The notes under the pieces are model-generated. The model searched no databases. It saw nothing but the letters and a program-made list of their open reading frames with translations, and was not told the origin of the DNA. A program made the position numbers and the translations under genes. A stretch of 64,000 bases of DNA, from the IMG/VR virus record IMGVR_UViG_3300032007_000001, one strand, 5' to 3'. The stretch comes from a virus. Its lineage: Duplodnaviria > Caudoviricetes. Positions 59,821-64,000 of the stretch are shown here, one piece after another (the stretch's first letter is position 1; the number at the start of each line of letters is the position of its first letter).

Positions 59821-60158
59821 AATCCGTTAACTCCAATAAAATTATTGTAGTATTTATGCAAAATATCTATAATTTCTTTATTCGAATTTATGAGGTATCT
59901 TTGTGCTATTGGGTCTAAATTTGAATTTTTGATTTCAATGAATAGATATTGTGATAAGAAATTTATGAAATTTGGAAACAAAATAAATGTAAAGATAGCA
60001 TTGTATTGATAAGAATGACCATCATGATATGGCACATAAGTTGTTACTTGCATATATATTTTATCTATTGATGGGTCGAAACTGTTTTTAAGTCTTAGAA
60101 AAATAGTTTTATTGATATTTTCGCTGACTTCAAATTCCATAAAAATCACCAAATACAT
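59817..60158 (-). CDS. Hypothetical protein, G-Phi family (ends NGL)
   Basis: First gene after the promoter at 60157-60185 (TTTACA-17-TACAAT); true start probably slightly downstream. Confidence 0.6.
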   Translation of the reverse strand: MYLVIFMEFEVSENINKTIFLRLKNSFDPSIDKIYMQVTTYVPYHDGHSYQYNAIFTFILFPNFINFLSQYLFIEIKNSNLDPIAQRYLINSNKEIIDILHKYYNNFIGVNGL

Positions 60159-60218
60159 TGTACCATAAATTCAAAATAATGTAAATAAAAAAGAGGTTAA
60201 AAACCTCTTTTTAAATTA

Positions 60219-60712
60219 TTAAAGTCTATCAAAAATATTATTTACAATATCGTCTACAAGATACTTTTTCAAACTTGATAAATCATAATTTGTATTTATA
60301 TATTTTAATATTTTTTCTTTTACAATATTTTCGTTTCTGTTTGTTTTATATATTTTTTTACAATCTTTTAAAATTTTGTCTTCATTATAATTAATTTCAT
60401 GAAGAGAATTTGCTGTATCTATATCCATATAACAATCACAATTTTCTACATCATTAAACGGAACATACATCATTGTTACTATTTCTCTATCATCTTTATT
60501 ATATTTATCATCTTCTTTTTCATCATTGTCTGGCCATTCAAGGATATCATCATCATAACTATAGTCACTGTCATCATAATCGTTTTCTATGTCGCATATT
60601 TCTCCGTAATCATTTATATAACATTCTCTTTCTTCCATAGAAGAAGTATCAAATCCAGTATAATATCAACTCTTGCTATTTTCTTTCTAAGTCTTTTTGT
60701 TATTGCATTCAT
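60219..60712 (-). pseudogene. Acidic protein gene with MNAITKRLRKKIA leader, split by a 1-nt frameshift
   Basis: GAGGT RBS and ATG at 60712; leader is out of frame with ORF 60219..60638 by one base near 60665. Confidence 0.55.
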
Positions 60713-60815
60713 TTGTTTTTACCTCACTTAATTAATCAATTTTAATATATATAAACATTCCATATAAAAAAATTACAAAAATAAAAAGCGAAGCGTTTGC
60801 TTCGCTGTAATTTTC

Positions 60816-61179
60816 TGGTGGAGATGAGGAGAATCGAACTCCTGTCCGAAACAAGACTTCAAATGGGTCATTACCGCTGCTAGCTGGCTTATCGCACCAG
60901 TATACGTATAAAAGAAAGGGGGATTTGATGAAAATGGTTTTCTTAATTCTTAAGAAAAGTCCAAAGAAATAGTGGGAATTATCTGAAACCCAGTAGCGGC
61001 TTCTCCACAGTCTTACTGGGGGCTGGTAAAGCGTGGCAGACTTACGCCGGCATTACCTTACGCAGCGATGGCAACATAATCGTTGTCAGTTATTTTTTTG
61101 AAACGTTTTTTAGGATTCAGTTTCTTCATCCCGCGGAACCTCAAATGATTTCTCATCCCGTCGAAACCATTGCATCCCC
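60816..61179 (-). ncRNA. ssrA: tmRNA; tag (A)DNDYVAIAA
   Basis: 5' GGGGATGCAATGGTTTCGAC; 3' GGACAGGAGTTCGATTCTCCTCATCTCCACCA; tag ORF 61058-61087 after AATAACT. Confidence 0.95.
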
Positions 61180-61244
61180 AATATTCAATTTTATGTATTT
61201 ACAACATAATATATGTTTGTGTTGAAGTAATAACCATTTTTAAG

Positions 61245-61390
61245 TAAAGAGGAAGAGACATTGGTTTTGATGATTTTCACAGGAAGAATGAACTTGAACC
61301 AATGTCTCTACTCCAATAACGAAGGCTTTTAGCGAGGTTGTAAATATACAAAGGAGGCTGCAAAATACAGAGAGGCCTCGCTTCAAGCTT
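61245..61390 (-). ncRNA. Candidate two-hairpin sRNA (copy B)
   Basis: Promoter TTTACT-17-TATAAT at 61397-61425; stems AGCGAGG/CCTCGCT and GAGACATTGGTT/AACCAATGTCTC. Confidence 0.5.
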
Positions 61391-61434
61391 GAAGATATTA
61401 TACCATAGAATTTCTAAAAAGTAAATAACTTTAG

Positions 61435-62409
61435 TTATACAATTTTTGAAGCACAAAGACCATCACACGTTTCTGTAAAATTAGAACATTTATAACACGG
61501 TGTTTTTTGAAAATTATTTTGCATATATTGATTATATCTTTCTTTTAATACTTTTATAAGAATTTTTGGATTTCTAAAATCGAAAACATTATCTACTTTA
61601 ATAAATTTTGAAGATGAACACCAAACAACAGAATTATCAACTAAAATATCGAGAGGCGGTACTTTCTTATAACAGCATATGGTACTAAACTTAATTTTAT
61701 TTTTATATTTTGTGGTAAATAATTTAATGGTTTCTTGTTTTACTTCGCATTCATTGATTGAACAATCAAACCCAAATGTTGTTTCTGGATAAACATCTAA
61801 TATTTTTTCCATAAAATATACAACATCATTGCCGCTATCGTGCTTAAAATCATATTTAATCTTAAAATTTGGAGTCATCGGAGCAACCCTTACATTAATA
61901 TATTCTCTATTTAAGATTCTTATTGTATTTAATATTCTATCTATAGATTTATCTATATCATCCTTATTTGGAAGCAATGTTGTTCCTATACTCATATAAA
62001 AATTATTTGGAATGCGACTCACATTTTCTTCAAATTGTTTTTTTTGTGAATCGTTATAATCACAATTAATTAACATTCCGCTAATGATGCTTAAATTTTT
62101 TAAGAAAATATCTATTTTATCTGATGAAACATTAAAATTTGTAAGAAACCCAATTGATTTATTATTTTCATTAAATACATCAAATAATCCTTGTAAATCA
62201 GAATACAAAAGCGGTTCTCCACCAAAAACTTTTATATTTTTCATTTTTGGAGCCCATTTAAGTATTTTGTCTATATTTTCTAGAGTCATTTCTCGTTTAG
62301 GTATCTTATCATTTGACAAATACCATTCTTTTTGAAAACAGAATTCACATCTTCTATTGCATTCATTTGTAATTGATATATTCATTATTTCACTTCTTTC
62401 TTTTTTCAA
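61435..62409 (-). CDS. Radical SAM/SPASM-like protein (likely start 62385)
   Basis: CNRRCEFC, FGGEPLL, C-terminal CYKC...CDGLC. Confidence 0.88.
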   Translation of the reverse strand: MKKERSEIMNISITNECNRRCEFCFQKEWYLSNDKIPKREMTLENIDKILKWAPKMKNIKVFGGEPLLYSDLQGLFDVFNENNKSIGFLTNFNVSSDKIDIFLKNLSIISGMLINCDYNDSQKKQFEENVSRIPNNFYMSIGTTLLPNKDDIDKSIDRILNTIRILNREYINVRVAPMTPNFKIKYDFKHDSGNDVVYFMEKILDVYPETTFGFDCSINECEVKQETIKLFTTKYKNKIKFSTICCYKKVPPLDILVDNSVVWCSSSKFIKVDNVFDFRNPKILIKVLKERYNQYMQNNFQKTPCYKCSNFTETCDGLCASKIV

Positions 62410-62595
62410 TTTATCTTATTCAAAGTGTACTTTTATTTTAATTTATGATAGAATAATCATGCTAAAAGAATTTTTCCAAGATTAATTGGATGGGATTAAT
62501 TTCTCATCCAATTTTTCTTTTTATAAAGGAAAAGAGATGAGTAGTGTGGGTTACTCATCTCTTTTCTATATATAGAGGAGGTATAGTGATGTCAA

Positions 62596-63068
62596 TGGTA
62601 CACATGAATGGAGTTGAACCATTGTCACTGGTTTATCGTACCACACATGGTTATGATTTCCCATGCCGTTTATTATGCCCATCCTTGGACGAAACGTTGT
62701 GGTCTGGAACATGTCTTCACCATATTTTTCAATTGCAATAATAAGCAAGCCTATCATTACACAAAAAACTTAGGTGGCTGGTATATGTTCTCTACACATT
62801 TACCAAAATCTTACTAAAATTGCAGATGTTATATATGCCATTAAAATACGTTGTAGTATCTTTTTGCATATCATCTATGGTGCAAATTAGTATTTGGATT
62901 TAGCACGGCATACCCTAACTCTCTGCCGATTTAGCCAGCATTCACTTAAACCGTTTCCAATCTAAGTGCTCCCGTTCTCACGGATAAGACATCGTAACCA
63001 TAGTAGGATTACTAGACTTATATTAGGAAATTTTAAGACCAGCGCACTCACCGTTGTGCTACATGTGC
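62596..63068 (-). tRNA. Intron-split tRNA-Ile(UAU); exons 63068-63035 and 62636-62596
   Basis: Joined exons give a complete 75-nt cloverleaf: GCACATG/CATGTGT acceptor, GCAC/GTGC D-stem, CTGGT CT-TAT-AA ACCAG, AATGG TTCAACT CCATT, ACCA. Confidence 0.8.
62637..63034 (-). mobile_element. Group I intron (398 nt, no homing endonuclease ORF)
   Basis: Follows exon U, ends in G; GCTGG/CCAGC (P3-like), GAACAT/ATGTTC (P7-like), GTGTAGAGAAC and AAGACATGTTCC (R/S-like). Confidence 0.75.
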
Positions 63069-63106
63069 GTTACAAATTATAATAAACAGAAAAATGGTTT
63101 TTGTTT

Positions 63107-63406
63107 TTAATTTCTTGGATAAATACAAATACTTAAATAATTTTTAGTTTCTTCGACAGTCCATGTATTTGGAAATTTATTTTTTAAGATTTCGCTGTCA
63201 CTTTTGAAAACAATTGATTTAACATCATCATTGAATTTTAGCTTAAATCCTTGTATCTTAAAAAATTGGTCAAGGAATGTTTTAACTGGCATTATCGTTA
63301 TCATTAATGTTTTACCGTCCAATCCAAAAGATACGTTGCTACAAAATATGACATTACACAACACATAAAAACAGCCAATAAAAAGTAACAAAACATAAGT
63401 TTGCAA
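63107..63406 (-). CDS. Hypothetical protein, possible signal peptide
   Basis: AAGGA RBS, hydrophobic N-terminus. Confidence 0.5.
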   Translation of the reverse strand: MQTYVLLLFIGCFYVLCNVIFCSNVSFGLDGKTLMITIMPVKTFLDQFFKIQGFKLKFNDDVKSIVFKSDSEILKNKFPNTWTVEETKNYLSICIYPRN

Positions 63407-63450
63407 TAACTTATAAATTCCTTATAAGAAAAATCATCAAAAAAATTCAT

Positions 63451-63714
63451 CTACCTCACCACTTCAAAATATTGTTTCTGAAAGTCTTCTTTTATATTGA
63501 AAGAAGCGGCATTCAATGCCTTGACAAGGCTTTTATCGGTTTTTATATTTAAGTCAATATGTTTATTACCTTCTTTTATTTCAGCATTCTTGCCGTCTGC
63601 CAGAAGGCCAGAATACTTTCCAATCAATTGCTGAAGAGTACCTGTAACATATTTTCTAACATCGTTTTCTCTTACTTCTATAGTGAAAATTCTTTTATTA
63701 TTCAAATCAATCAC
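63451..63714 (-). CDS. Hypothetical protein
   Basis: ORF. Confidence 0.6.
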   Translation of the reverse strand: MIDLNNKRIFTIEVRENDVRKYVTGTLQQLIGKYSGLLADGKNAEIKEGNKHIDLNIKTDKSLVKALNAASFNIKEDFQKQYFEVVR

Positions 63715-63757
63715 CCTTTATCTATTTTATCAAAAAAATTAGTCAAAGTACAATTGA

Positions 63758-64000
63758 TTATTTTACCCAATAATTAATTTTGATGGTTTCTCCTACATAC
63801 AAGATAAATCCTTCTTTTTCTCTTTTTGCTAAAAAAGGATTGATTTCAACAATACCATATTCGAATTCTTTTAATTCTCTTTTTGAATACGTATTTTTTT
63901 CCATGAATTCCTGTGCAATCGTACTTAATGTATCTCCATCTTGCACATCATACATTTCTGTAATCAATTGATATGCGTGACATATGTTACTAACAGCTAA
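63758..64000 (-). CDS. LysM-like domain protein (5' end off window)
   Basis: YDVQDGDTLSTIA...EINP...ILYVGETIKI; frame open to the window edge. Confidence 0.7.
   Translation of the reverse strand, partial: LAVSNICHAYQLITEMYDVQDGDTLSTIAQEFMEKNTYSKRELKEFEYGIVEINPFLAKREKEGFILYVGETIKINYWVK

Noticed and set aside
62544-62817. Short ORFs in the intron region as a homing endonuclease
   Set aside because: Under 70 aa, no LAGLIDADG/HNH/GIY-YIG motif, and they overlap the RNA core
62596-63068. RNase P RNA
   Set aside because: No GAGGAAAGUCC-type P4 signature; better explained as tRNA exons plus a group I intron

Overview
Very AT-rich, densely coding segment of a large (jumbo-type) tailed-phage genome, read in the standard code. 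The host is probably Bacillota, possibly Negativicutes (inference from SD, promoter, tmRNA and MCP style). Contents: tail-fibre and collar genes plus several broken copies, a two-domain endolysin, an Rnl1-type RNA ligase, HAD and DHH phosphoesterases, a divergent PurA-like/vWA/J-domain module, an ACP, an MCP chemoreceptor, 12 intact tRNAs, a tmRNA, and a 13th tRNA (Ile, anticodon UAU) split by a group I intron. Two systems stand out. (1) A RiPP-like modification toolkit: 8 radical SAM (mostly SPASM) enzymes, 3 U32-family and 3 AsnB/PP-loop-like proteins, and a PLP aminotransferase. Most sit in two operons beside fibre-like proteins that end in Cys-rich cores ((CHxx)5; ...CSCG; ...CSCSCSCGGGGD), and the larger operon is bracketed by a ~180-bp direct repeat. 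(2) Thirty otherwise divergent small proteins all end in Gly-[L/F/Y/M/I], often Phi-G-L/F, which resembles the ClpP-docking IGF/IGL loop. Also seen: two related two-hairpin sRNA candidates with anti-SD loops, a PLGEW-terminated protein trio, and an N-terminal MNxxxxRLxKxA leader family. All calls come from reading motifs by eye; no database searches were run.
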